Of a stretch of 39,986 nt of DNA, positions 9,515 through 19,136 are shown in pieces. The DNA is from Chlamydiia bacterium (GTDB lineage Bacteria; Chlamydiota; Chlamydiia; Chlamydiales; Parachlamydiaceae), in assembly GCA_038257035.1 (NCBI GenBank), contig JBBSJT010000006.1:1-39986 (forward strand), written 5' to 3'. The position numbers and the translations under genes are program-made. Under the pieces are notes generated by a model. That model had not been told where the DNA came from. It saw nothing but the letters and a program-made list of their open reading frames with translations, and made no database searches. The first letter of the stretch is position 1; every line of letters starts with the position of its first letter.

Positions 9515-9562
9515 CTACCCTAACGGTATTTGGTGTTAGAAAACAACGTTAGCAAGAAGTCT

Positions 9563-10789
9563 CTAATCGATTTCGACTTCGACAAGCTCTCTATGATAAT
9601 ATTGTTTCTCATCAAATTCACCCTCTTGCTTTGAAATGCAAACGGCACAAACAGCATCTCCCAAAACATTCAAAACGGTTGAACCCATTTCACGAATACG
9701 GTCGATTCCGGCAATTAGGGCCAGACCCTCGATTGGAAGGCCGACAGAGGCAAAAACAACAGAAAGCATAATTAAACCCGTTCCAGGTATTCCTGCAGCA
9801 CCAACGGCCGATAAGGTGCCCGTTACAACAATTGTAATAAGGCTTGGCAAATCAAGAACAATGCCGTAGGCATTAGCTACAAAGACTGATGCCATGCCTT
9901 GAAAAAGCGCTGCACCATTCATGTTAATAGTACATCCAAGAGGCAGCATGAAGTTTGTGACATTTTTTGATACGCCTAAGTTTTTTTGCACGCAATGCAT
10001 GGAAACAGGTAAGGTCGCTGTACTGCTTGAAGTTGAAAAAGCAATCATAATAGCATCGCTCATGCCTCTAAAAAATGGCCAAGGATTTAATTTTGCAATG
10101 AGTGTAAGCATTCCGCAATAGACAAAGATAAGATGAACAAAACAGGCGAGGTAATAGATTCCAAGAAATTTAAGTAACGGTAAAAGCACAGTCACTCCAA
10201 ACGTTCCTGCAACCCATGCCATAATGGCAAAAACTCCAATCGGTGAAAATTCCATAATAATTGAAGTCAGTCGATACATCACATCAGCCAAAGATTCTAA
10301 AACATGAAGCAGAGGCTTGCCTTTTTCTCCTGAAAAATTAATCGCAAATCCAAGAAATAGGGAAAACACAATAATTTGTAAAATGTTGCCTGTCGCAAGT
10401 GAGGCAACAGGATTTGTAGGAATAACCGATAATAAAATTTCACCAAGCGATGGGGTTGCTTGATCTTTAATTGTACCTGTAAATGTAAAATCAAGACCAC
10501 TGCCCAATGAAAAAAATTTAGAAAAGACAAGCCCTAAAAGAATGGCAACAATAGTTGTTGTCAGATAATAGATAATTGATTTTGTGCCAATCTTACTTAA
10601 TTTTTTGGGGTCGTGAATGCTTGTTACTCCAATCGTCATCGTCGATAGAACAAGAAGAACGATGATCATATTGATCAAACTTAAAAAAATTGTACCGATC
10701 GGTTTGAAAACGGCGGCGTCAGGTCCTAAAGCAATCCCGGTGATCACCCCTAATACTAACGCAATTAAAATTTTTACCCAAAGTTTCAT
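9563..10789 (-). CDS. gltT: dicarboxylate/amino acid:cation symporter (glutamate/aspartate, DAACS family)
   Basis: AFSTSSSTATLP, LPLGCTINMNG, IDRIREMGSTVLNVLGDA motifs. Confidence 0.93.
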   Translation of the reverse strand: MKLWVKILIALVLGVITGIALGPDAAVFKPIGTIFLSLINMIIVLLVLSTMTIGVTSIHDPKKLSKIGTKSIIYYLTTTIVAILLGLVFSKFFSLGSGLDFTFTGTIKDQATPSLGEILLSVIPTNPVASLATGNILQIIVFSLFLGFAINFSGEKGKPLLHVLESLADVMYRLTSIIMEFSPIGVFAIMAWVAGTFGVTVLLPLLKFLGIYYLACFVHLIFVYCGMLTLIAKLNPWPFFRGMSDAIMIAFSTSSSTATLPVSMHCVQKNLGVSKNVTNFMLPLGCTINMNGAALFQGMASVFVANAYGIVLDLPSLITIVVTGTLSAVGAAGIPGTGLIMLSVVFASVGLPIEGLALIAGIDRIREMGSTVLNVLGDAVCAVCISKQEGEFDEKQYYHRELVEVEID

Positions 10790-10873
10790 ACCTGTAGTCC
10801 TTTTATCAGTTCTATTATTGTAAAATTAAAATTTACCTTACTAGAAAATTCTATTTTTCAGTCATGGCGAGAT

Positions 10874-11977
10874 TTAATGAATGATAGCTTTTTTTGCATT
10901 CTGAATAAAGCTTTTCCATTCTTCAACGCCATAATTAACTTTAAAATTAACTTTAATAACGAGAATAGGCAATGAAAGTTCCAAATATTTTGGGAGTTTG
11001 ACGCGGTCTTTTTCAGTGCAGATTAAGATGTCAGCTCCTTGTTGTTTACAATGATCTGAAAATTCTTTTAATTTTGCTAGATCAAAGCTTGTATGATCTG
11101 CAATCTTATATTCAGCCAAAATTTCTGCTTTTTGGCCAATAATTGTTCTTTCAAATTTTTCAGGTTTTGCAATAGCACAAAAAAGTCCGACCTTTTTTCC
11201 TGCAATTGTTTCAACTTTCACGTCAAAAAGATCGTAAATACCAGAGACAACAAGTTGACAGCCAATGATAGGTGCTTTAATAAAATCAGGTAACTGGTTT
11301 TTGATTTCTTCAAATTGTTGAAAGGTGTCTATGGGATTCAAAATAATAAGATTAGCTCTTGATAATGCACTTATTTCTTCGCGAAGGAACCCTCGAGGTA
11401 AAAAATGATGATGTCCAAAAGGATCTTTTGCATCCATGACTACAACTTCCAAATCTCTTGCAAGATGTCTATGTTGCATGCCATCATCAACCAATATAAG
11501 ATCGGCACCCATCTTTGCAGCAAGGTTTGAAGCTTCGTGCTTGTTTTTTCCTACGATGCAAATGGTTTTGGGTAAGGTTTCTGCAATTAAATAAGGCTCG
11601 TCCCCACAGTATGAGGCCGGATGAAGAGGTCCTGTACCGGTACTTAAGAAAGTGGGAAAAGATTCTTTTTCAGAAGAGGATCTATATCCACGCGATAAAA
11701 TCGCAATTTTAAAATCATCATAAAATTGTTCAGCAAGTAAAATGGTAGCAGGCGTTTTACCGGCCCCTCCTGCAACAATATTACCGATGCTAATGATTAA
11801 AGGGACGGGTGGACGGTATTTTCTTAATAAGCCGCAATCAAATCCTTTATTCCTGACTGCTACACCTAAACGATAGAGTAGGCTTAAAAAAAAGAGGGGC
11901 AATTTTATTAAAGAGGCAAATAATCCCTTTTTTTTTCCTTGGATTATATCAATAATGTAAACTTCTAATTTATTCAT
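10874..11977 (-). CDS. lpxK: tetraacyldisaccharide 4'-kinase
   Basis: ISIGNIVAGGAGKTP, LSRGY, GDEP, DDGMQH, LPRGFLRE, CTEKDRVKL; second ATG (11977) preferred over 11995. Confidence 0.95.
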   Translation of the reverse strand: MNKLEVYIIDIIQGKKKGLFASLIKLPLFFLSLLYRLGVAVRNKGFDCGLLRKYRPPVPLIISIGNIVAGGAGKTPATILLAEQFYDDFKIAILSRGYRSSSEKESFPTFLSTGTGPLHPASYCGDEPYLIAETLPKTICIVGKNKHEASNLAAKMGADLILVDDGMQHRHLARDLEVVVMDAKDPFGHHHFLPRGFLREEISALSRANLIILNPIDTFQQFEEIKNQLPDFIKAPIIGCQLVVSGIYDLFDVKVETIAGKKVGLFCAIAKPEKFERTIIGQKAEILAEYKIADHTSFDLAKLKEFSDHCKQQGADILICTEKDRVKLPKYLELSLPILVIKVNFKVNYGVEEWKSFIQNAKKAIIH

Positions 11978-12545
11978 TGAAGAGCCGATACTCAATGAGT
12001 TCTATAATGATATGCATAGCTGCCATATGAAGTTCTTGAATGCGATCAGAGGTTTTAAATGTTTCAATAATCCATTCAAGATCAGCTTTACCTTTTAATG
12101 CTCCGCCCCCTTTACCCAAAAAACAAATCGATTTAATTTTTTTTTTGGAAGCTTCTTCAATTGCATGAATCATGTTTGGAGAATTACCACTTGTTGTTAA
12201 TGCAATAAAAACATCACCTTCATTACCTAAGGCTTCAACGCTCCTTGAAAAGATAAATTCAAAGCCCATGTCATTACCAACGCAGGTGATGTGACTTGCA
12301 TCTGAAAGTGCAAGAGCCGGTAAGGCTTTTCTTTTTTTGCGAAAAAAACCGGTCAATTCCTCTGCAAAGTGAGAAGCATCGCAAAGGCTTCCGCCGTTAC
12401 CTGCAATTAAAACTTTGTTTCCATTTTTAAAACAATCGGCAATTATGATGGCAGCTTGTTCCATAAAGTTTAATGAGGTTTCGTTTTTAAGTTGATTTGC
12501 CCCTAAAATGACTTCATTGACAGAATTTAACAGGATATTTTTCAT
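11970..12545 (-). CDS. gmhA: D-sedoheptulose-7-phosphate isomerase
   Basis: GNGGSLCDASHFAEEL, TCVGND, TTSGNSPN, DRIQELH. Confidence 0.95.
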   Translation of the reverse strand: MKNILLNSVNEVILGANQLKNETSLNFMEQAAIIIADCFKNGNKVLIAGNGGSLCDASHFAEELTGFFRKKRKALPALALSDASHITCVGNDMGFEFIFSRSVEALGNEGDVFIALTTSGNSPNMIHAIEEASKKKIKSICFLGKGGGALKGKADLEWIIETFKTSDRIQELHMAAMHIIIELIEYRLFNE

Positions 12546-12728
12546 CTAATTTAACCTTGTTTACGCGATATGTAGTTCTGTCTATTGTAGGTCAAAATGT
12601 TAAAAATATCAATTAGAATTGCCTTAATTTCATAGATGTGCTCCTCAATTGGCAAAATTTACATAAAAGTTATAGTGAGTGTAAATGGAAGGTTGTGCTA
12701 TGTGTTATTTAAATTATAAAGGTGATTT

Positions 12729-13949
12729 ATGTACGGAACTCTGTTTGCTCTAATTTTTGCTGGCTTTATTTTTTTTCAGCCGATTGAGCTTGAAAAATTT
12801 GGATTTTTTAATATTCTTATCCCATTCATTATTACTATTTCCTTGATTCTTATTTTTATTGAAAATATTGCTTTTGCCTTTGCATGGACACCTCTTCAAA
12901 AAGCAAGTAAATCCATCACACCTCACTTATTGAATATATTTAAGAAAGATCGTGTTTTTAGGATTGTCAATGTATGGCTTTTTGTTTTTGTGTTGATTAC
13001 CTTATTTATCGCAATGGAGATCACTACGAACATTTACTATCAAAATAGTTTAATTGCAATTTGGATTGTTTTATTTGGGTTTTCCTATGATTGTCTTCAA
13101 TATAGCTTAAAACATGTTTTGAGTTATTTAAACCCTTTTGCCGTCCTTGATCTATTTGAAAAGGAGGGGATTAAGAATATTCAAGATCAGCAGGAAATAG
13201 ATCTTTGCGATAAAATTGATGCTATTTCAGAAACAGCCATTAAAGGAATAGATAATAAAACACCACTTCTCGCTAATTACGCTTTAAACTCCATCCAAAA
13301 CATCGACAATGTCTTTTTAACAAGCTCTAAAAACTTGGCTCATAAAACAACTGATAGCCAAACTGAAAATCTTGGCATTCATGATAAAATCACCTATACC
13401 CTCACTCATATTTATCAAAGAACAGAATCAATTTTTCATAAAGCTTTAGATGCAAAATTGGAAACTGTTTTAAATTCCTCAATAACAAGAATGGGTAAAA
13501 TGGCAATATCTGCATCAGAATGCGATATAAGTTTGGCTCTACATCCTTTGATATTTCTTGGAAAGTTTGCTGTGCAAGCTGTCGAAAATAAATTTCCTAA
13601 CGTTGGTAATCTCGCTATTTGTACACTTTTAGAAGTTGCAAAGGAAATAGTCTCAAGCCAAGATTTAACATACCTTGAGATTCAAGAGCCTTTTCTTTGT
13701 CTTATCGGGCAACTGGAAAGTATTTCAAAAGAATTATTTCGGCAAGACAAGCAAATTAAGATCATGGTTTTGATGGAGCCCTTTCTTGAATTGAAGAAGC
13801 TTTTTAGTACTGAAAAAATGGTGAATCATCAAGATACGCCCGTCATCATGAAAGATTTGGACAGAGTGATTGCCGAACTACAAATTTTAGAAAATGTAAT
13901 GCGCACAATGCCCCCGATGATGCCCTTTAGCGAAACAAAAGGGGTATAA
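12729..13949 (+). CDS. hypothetical membrane protein (about 4 N-terminal TM segments + helical cytoplasmic domain)
   Basis: 406-aa ORF with AAGGTG RBS; hydrophobic N-terminal third; no motif recognised. Confidence 0.8.
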   Translation: MYGTLFALIFAGFIFFQPIELEKFGFFNILIPFIITISLILIFIENIAFAFAWTPLQKASKSITPHLLNIFKKDRVFRIVNVWLFVFVLITLFIAMEITTNIYYQNSLIAIWIVLFGFSYDCLQYSLKHVLSYLNPFAVLDLFEKEGIKNIQDQQEIDLCDKIDAISETAIKGIDNKTPLLANYALNSIQNIDNVFLTSSKNLAHKTTDSQTENLGIHDKITYTLTHIYQRTESIFHKALDAKLETVLNSSITRMGKMAISASECDISLALHPLIFLGKFAVQAVENKFPNVGNLAICTLLEVAKEIVSSQDLTYLEIQEPFLCLIGQLESISKELFRQDKQIKIMVLMEPFLELKKLFSTEKMVNHQDTPVIMKDLDRVIAELQILENVMRTMPPMMPFSETKGV

Positions 13950-13952
13950 AGA

Positions 13953-14045
13953 CTGTAGCGTAGGTTTTAACTTAGCGATGTTTCAACGGGTTTTAACCCG
14001 TTGGTTTTGCATTGTTTAACATGCAGGTTAAAACCTACGCTACAG
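13953..14045. repeat. GTAG-type REP/REPIN-like palindromic element, copy 1
   Basis: CTGTAGCGTAGGTTTTAAC...GTTAAAACCTACGCTACAG terminal inverted repeats and internal palindrome CAACGGGTTTTAACCCGTTG; between convergent genes. Confidence 0.88.
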
Positions 14046-14055
14046 AGCCCCCCCT

Positions 14056-14298
14056 TCACCCCCCTTTATACTTATTACCCTTGTTGTAAGAGCTACACTG
14101 AGGGCATTTGGTCACCTTTTTAGAATGGTCTGCAAGATAGGCAAAGTGGCAATATTCACAAAGAAATAGCTCTTCTTCAGAAACAATTACCTTTTTTTTC
14201 CTTAAAGCATAATGTTGATATCCCCATAAGCTAAAAAGAACGATTAACGTCATGAGCAAATATAGCATCACAGCTGTTGTTGTTGTTAAAACGATCAT
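14056..14298 (-). CDS. small membrane protein with CxxC...CxxC zinc ribbon
   Basis: N-terminal TM, CEYC and CPQC; ATGA overlap with the upstream gene. Confidence 0.8.
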   Translation of the reverse strand: MIVLTTTTAVMLYLLMTLIVLFSLWGYQHYALRKKKVIVSEEELFLCEYCHFAYLADHSKKVTKCPQCSSYNKGNKYKGG

Positions 14299-15026
14299 CG
14301 ATCAAACCCCTGTTGATTCACAATAATTTCGATTTGTCCTGATGAAACAAAGCCTCTATAATCTTTTTCAAATCGAATTCCTTTTAAAAATTCTACCATT
14401 ATATTGTTGAGAGTGTCATTGAGAAGGTTTTGTTCAGTATCTACATAGAAGATTCGCCCAGTTCTGTTTTCAATATTGACGTTATATATGGCATAGAAGA
14501 ATTCATTAAACGGTGGTAACAAATTATTTAGATCTTCAATTTTTTTGTTTGCAATCTTACCGCTTAAAACCATTTGTAGGGGTGGCTTATCTTGTTTTAT
14601 ATCATCTTTTGAAAAAAACAAATTATTTCTTAAATCCCTTTCAACTTTTAAAAAAGGGTTGTCCAAAGCACTTAAATTTTCAATATTTTCAAGATGTTGC
14701 ATGCCCTTTAAATGGGAAATGGAGGGCACCTTGGGTGTTGAAATTGTTGGGGCAAAAGGAATTCGCGATATTTTTCTCTTTCCTTGAATATTTGTTGCTA
14801 CTTGGGCTTCCGGTTCTAAAACATCAGTTTCGACAAAGGATGGGGGTAGAAGGCCATTATTAACGAGTTTGAAAGGGCCAATATGAAAGATTAAAAAAGC
14901 TGCGAAATGCAAAGCAAAAGCAAGACTTAAGGCTTTTACAAATATTTGATTAAAAAAAATCTCTTTTTTTCGAAATTCAAGTGTAATATCGGATGAGTGT
15001 AGATTAATTTTTTCAATTTTTAACAT
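14295..15026 (-). CDS. hypothetical single-TM protein, possibly TonB/TolA-like energy transducer
   Basis: TM segment with SLAFALH (S-x-x-x-x-x-H, reminiscent of TonB SxxxH anchors), Pro-containing linker, directly downstream of exbB-exbD. Confidence 0.6.
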   Translation of the reverse strand: MLKIEKINLHSSDITLEFRKKEIFFNQIFVKALSLAFALHFAAFLIFHIGPFKLVNNGLLPPSFVETDVLEPEAQVATNIQGKRKISRIPFAPTISTPKVPSISHLKGMQHLENIENLSALDNPFLKVERDLRNNLFFSKDDIKQDKPPLQMVLSGKIANKKIEDLNNLLPPFNEFFYAIYNVNIENRTGRIFYVDTEQNLLNDTLNNIMVEFLKGIRFEKDYRGFVSSGQIEIIVNQQGFDR

Positions 15027-15034
15027 TTTGCCTT

Positions 15035-15481
15035 CTACAAATATTCCACATTTTGATCATCAGATGGTTTATAGACGAGGCGAATTTTGGGACAGCATTC
15101 TTGTACAATCGAAAATAATTTTAAAAAAGAACCATATTCCACACGTCTATCGATGCTTACAACGACTGTCGGAACTAAATTTCCATATTGTTTTTTTACT
15201 TGTTCAATTTCAATTTCGAGATGATTTTTTAGAGATTCAAAATCAACGATAGCTTTTTTTGAACCGACGTAAATCACGTTCTGAGCATCCATAACAACAA
15301 GAAGTTTTGTCGTTAATGGATTCGAATCTTTTGAAAGGGTAGGGTTTTCAATATTTAAGGATTTTAAAGGCAAAATGTCTGATGTAACAATAAAAAAAAT
15401 TAACATCAAAAAAATCACATCCACAAGGGGAGTTAAATCGATTAAATTATTAGAGTGTTTTAAATTTGTTTTAAATTTCAT
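15035..15481 (-). CDS. exbD: biopolymer transport protein ExbD/TolR
   Basis: IDLTPLVDVIFLMLIFFIVT signature; SIDRRVEYG. Confidence 0.92.
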   Translation of the reverse strand: MKFKTNLKHSNNLIDLTPLVDVIFLMLIFFIVTSDILPLKSLNIENPTLSKDSNPLTTKLLVVMDAQNVIYVGSKKAIVDFESLKNHLEIEIEQVKKQYGNLVPTVVVSIDRRVEYGSFLKLFSIVQECCPKIRLVYKPSDDQNVEYL

Positions 15482-15487
15482 ATGCGA

Positions 15488-16108
15488 TTAATATTTGTAA
15501 TCCTCTTCACGATGAACAAGCAGATCGACAATTTCGGATGAGGTCGTTTGAATTTCTAAAATAAATCCTTCAATTCTTCCCACAATATAGTTATAAGCAA
15601 TAACTGAGGGAATGGCAACAACAAGACCTGCAGCTGTTGTGACTAGGGCATATTCCATTGCCTCACCAATCCTTGTTGCAGATATGTCTACAAGGCCACT
15701 CATACGCATTTCAGAAAAAGCTTGAATAAACCCAAGAACTGTTCCTAAAAGCCCGATCAACGGGGCAATGTAGGCAATAATAGACAGTATTTTTGCATTC
15801 TTTTCAAGATGGGCCACTTCGATAAGTCCTGAGATTTCCATGGCACTTTCAATCTGTTCTTGCTTACGATTGTGTTTAACCAATCCTGACTTAACAATAT
15901 TTGAAATGGTCCCCGGTGTGTTTTCGCAATAAGTGATCGCTTCGATGATGTTTCCATCTTTAATCATTTTTCTTAAAGCTACAATAAAAGCATTGGTGTC
16001 GATTTCAGATTTTCTTAAATGTAAAAATCTTTCAATAAAAATGGTGAAGCTCAATAAGGAGCATCCGCCAATAACAATTAAAATGATGTTCCAATTCTGA
16101 TATTCCAT
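15488..16108 (-). CDS. exbB: MotA/TolQ/ExbB proton channel protein
   Basis: APLIGLLGTVLGFIQAF and ALVTTAAGLVVAIP signatures. Confidence 0.92.
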   Translation of the reverse strand: MEYQNWNIILIVIGGCSLLSFTIFIERFLHLRKSEIDTNAFIVALRKMIKDGNIIEAITYCENTPGTISNIVKSGLVKHNRKQEQIESAMEISGLIEVAHLEKNAKILSIIAYIAPLIGLLGTVLGFIQAFSEMRMSGLVDISATRIGEAMEYALVTTAAGLVVAIPSVIAYNYIVGRIEGFILEIQTTSSEIVDLLVHREEDYKY

Positions 16109-16149
16109 AGCTTTATCCTCTATTATATTAGTCGTGTAATTAACGTTTC

Positions 16150-16294
16150 AGATTTTTTACCAGTGAGGCAATGAGAAAAACATGAGGACAGTGAGGTATA
16201 TTAGTATCCAAAGAATTCATAAATTTAAAAATTTTGAAATCTAAGCTCCTCACTGATCTCATGTGTCTCTCACTGCCTCACTGGTAAAAAATCT
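16150..16294. repeat. inverted repeat element, CAGTGAG family, copy 1 (47-bp arms, 51-bp spacer)
   Basis: AGATTTTTTACCAGTGAGGCAATGAGAAAAACATGAGGACAGTGAGG ... CCTCACTGATCTCATGTGTCTCTCACTGCCTCACTGGTAAAAAATCT. Confidence 0.92.
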
Positions 16295-16344
16295 TAAACT
16301 TTTCATTTTCCAATTGTACCATTATATTACTCTTGTTCTAGATA

Positions 16345-19047
16345 TTATTCTTGTTCTAGTTTTTCGCGAGCTTTTGATGCCCATTCGCCGCCTTTTTTAG
16401 CTATAGCTTCTAATTGTTTTCTTGAAAGTTCATGACGTCCCTGTAAGGCATACATTTCGGCACGAAGAAACATCGCTTTAACTCTAAGGTGTGAAACTGA
16501 ATCATCATTGATCACTTTTGAAAGGATCAATATCGACTGATCAAACTGTTTCAATCCCTGACAGCATAAACTTTGCTGAATCCAAAGGTCAAGTCTTTGT
16601 TCGCTATTTAAAATCTTGCCTTTTGCTGAATCTTCTGCTTTTTTAAAAAAAACAAAAGCTTCCGCATAATTTTGTTCCTGCATTTCTAAAGCCCCAAGTT
16701 CATACCAGACTTTTGATAGAAAATAACCTTTAGTAGTTGTTATGGAGGCATATCTTTCAAGCATTTCGTTAAATATTTTTTTTGCTTCTTCGATTTTTTC
16801 CCCTTTAACAAAAACTTTTCCAAGCCAATAAGAGCTCTCTTCTTGAAAGCTTGGAAAAGGATCAAGGTCTTGCATGTATTTAACATAAGATGTTCCAGGT
16901 TTTTTAAAATCTTCTATAATTTGTAATAAAATAGTTTCTGCATAGTCTAAATAAATTTTTTTCTTTGGATTTTTGGACTCTTCAGCAATTTTAAGTTGTG
17001 CAAGAGCTCTTTCGAGCATGGCAAGATAACGAATGTTAAGAAAATAATTGATGTTTTCATCTAATAATTTTTTTTCAAATAATTCATCAAATGTTGTTTC
17101 AAAAGATTGGAAATAGTCTATTGCTTTAGTTAAATTTCTTTTAGAGATCCATTTACCTTCCATTGTCTTTCGATTGCGCGTACTATCCATTCCAAGTAAA
17201 TAATAGGCATTTAATACAAAAGGACTTTTTGGAAAAAGCTTATCGAGTGCTTGGCAGTGTTTAATAGCGGCAGGTTCACCTTGAATATAATCCTGATAGG
17301 AATAATAAAGAAAATAACTTTCAGCTGCTAGTTCTGAGGTAGGAAATTCTGTAAAGACTCTTTTTCTTAAACTTTTTATCTGGTCAGGGTCAGCGTTTAG
17401 ATTTTCTAAAGATAGAGCTGCGTTAAATAAAGCGTCTGGTACAAGGGGGGATTTTGGACAATCCTCAACTAGCCGAAGAAATGTGTTTTTGGCTTTATCA
17501 AAATCATTATTTTTGTAATAAAAAATTCCTAATAATTTTAAGTTTAAATCTAAATAATTGTTGTTGTAAAGTGTACTAATCACATCTTTTAATATTGATT
17601 CTATTAATAGGTCATATGTGTTGTCGTCTTTAACTGATTTTAATTTTAATAGAACGACGGCTTGTAAATAATAGATTTCATCAGAATCGAAGGATAATTC
17701 TAAAGAAAGTTTTTCTTGAATAAGATATTCTAAGATTGCATAGGCCTTAGATAAGCTCGATTCCTGATTTTGTTCAATATAACTTAATGCTTCATGCTTT
17801 AAACTTGAAGCATACATTTCATTATCTTTATTTCTTAAAAGTTTTGCTGATTCGTGTAAAGATATGACAGCACGTTCAAAAGCCGCCATTGCTTCTTCAT
17901 ATTTTAAAGTAAGTAAGGATTGACCTTCTTTGAAGTCATTTAAACCTCTAAGATAGAGTATCTTAGCGTAAAATAAGCTTGTCTGGTTTTTCTTGAATGT
18001 CAATTGTTTATAAAAATTATCTCTTTCAGAATATGAGGATGCGGCTTCAGCTTTTAATATTTCAATTTCAGCTTTAGCTTTATTGGATAAAGGGCAGCCG
18101 GGCTTTAACAGTAGTTCATTTGCTTTTAGGTAAGCCTCTTCTTCTTTTAATTCGTGGGCACGGCTCAAATAGCAACAACCAAGTGATAAATAAAAAGATT
18201 CATTCTCTTCCATGTTTTTGAAACTGCTTTCAGCTTTTTCAAAAAGATTAAAAGCATGTTCTTTTTTCGGTTGATCTTTAAGTGCTGCTTTCAAGTAGCT
18301 CCAACCCAATCGATGTTGCACTTGATTGTACCAAGGGATTGAATTTTTGCTCCTTTTTGGAATGGCTCTTTCAAAGGCTAATGCTGCAGCTTCGTAATCA
18401 TGTTTTTGGAAAAAAATTTCCCCTTTTAAGTAAGCAAGTTCATTTTGTAAAGGATGGTCTAGGGCAAGATTGTTAAATCCTTCTAAGAGTTGCTCTGCCA
18501 TTTCGATATTTAATTGGTTTAAATAGATGCGTGCCAAATAGATCCTAGATAAAAAGCCAAGATCTTCAAACTCTGATTCCAATAAAAGTTCAAAATCTTT
18601 TTTTGCTAAAGGCATTGCTTTAAGATTAAAATTTGCATAACCCCTTTCAAAGATCACCTGATCATTTTTTTGTAAATCTTTTGAGGTAGCTAATAGAACT
18701 TCTTCATATTGTTTGAGCTGATTTAAAGCCATGAGATTTAAAACGAAAGAATCAATGTTATCTAATTGATTCTTAATGGTTTCAACTGTTTTCTGATAGT
18801 TCTCGTTTTGGAAATGGGCCTTTGCTAGATCTAAAAGGATTGATTGTAACTTTTGTTTTTTTTGGGAGGGTTCTGCAGTATAATATTTTTCAAAATAGCG
18901 AACCAAATCGTTTAGAATATCGATGGATGCATCATACAGGGCTGCTTTTCTAAAAAATTCTGCCTTTTCAATTTTTTCATCAAAAATGGAACCTTCAAGC
19001 TTGCACAAAGAGAGAATTAAGAGTGCTGAAAAAATAATGGCTTTCAA
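16345..19047 (-). CDS. large exported TPR-repeat protein
   Basis: 900 aa, signal-peptide-like N-terminus, many TPR/YfiO-like repeats (e.g. CPKSPLVPDALFNAA); TTG start with GGAG RBS. Confidence 0.88.
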   Translation of the reverse strand: MKAIIFSALLILSLCKLEGSIFDEKIEKAEFFRKAALYDASIDILNDLVRYFEKYYTAEPSQKKQKLQSILLDLAKAHFQNENYQKTVETIKNQLDNIDSFVLNLMALNQLKQYEEVLLATSKDLQKNDQVIFERGYANFNLKAMPLAKKDFELLLESEFEDLGFLSRIYLARIYLNQLNIEMAEQLLEGFNNLALDHPLQNELAYLKGEIFFQKHDYEAAALAFERAIPKRSKNSIPWYNQVQHRLGWSYLKAALKDQPKKEHAFNLFEKAESSFKNMEENESFYLSLGCCYLSRAHELKEEEAYLKANELLLKPGCPLSNKAKAEIEILKAEAASSYSERDNFYKQLTFKKNQTSLFYAKILYLRGLNDFKEGQSLLTLKYEEAMAAFERAVISLHESAKLLRNKDNEMYASSLKHEALSYIEQNQESSLSKAYAILEYLIQEKLSLELSFDSDEIYYLQAVVLLKLKSVKDDNTYDLLIESILKDVISTLYNNNYLDLNLKLLGIFYYKNNDFDKAKNTFLRLVEDCPKSPLVPDALFNAALSLENLNADPDQIKSLRKRVFTEFPTSELAAESYFLYYSYQDYIQGEPAAIKHCQALDKLFPKSPFVLNAYYLLGMDSTRNRKTMEGKWISKRNLTKAIDYFQSFETTFDELFEKKLLDENINYFLNIRYLAMLERALAQLKIAEESKNPKKKIYLDYAETILLQIIEDFKKPGTSYVKYMQDLDPFPSFQEESSYWLGKVFVKGEKIEEAKKIFNEMLERYASITTTKGYFLSKVWYELGALEMQEQNYAEAFVFFKKAEDSAKGKILNSEQRLDLWIQQSLCCQGLKQFDQSILILSKVINDDSVSHLRVKAMFLRAEMYALQGRHELSRKQLEAIAKKGGEWASKAREKLEQE

Positions 19048-19136
19048 TGGATAACCACTCCTATAATAATCGGATTAAGCGCTCATTATACATTTATTAC
19101 CTTATAAAAAAAATCTCATTCCACGTTTAATGTGGG

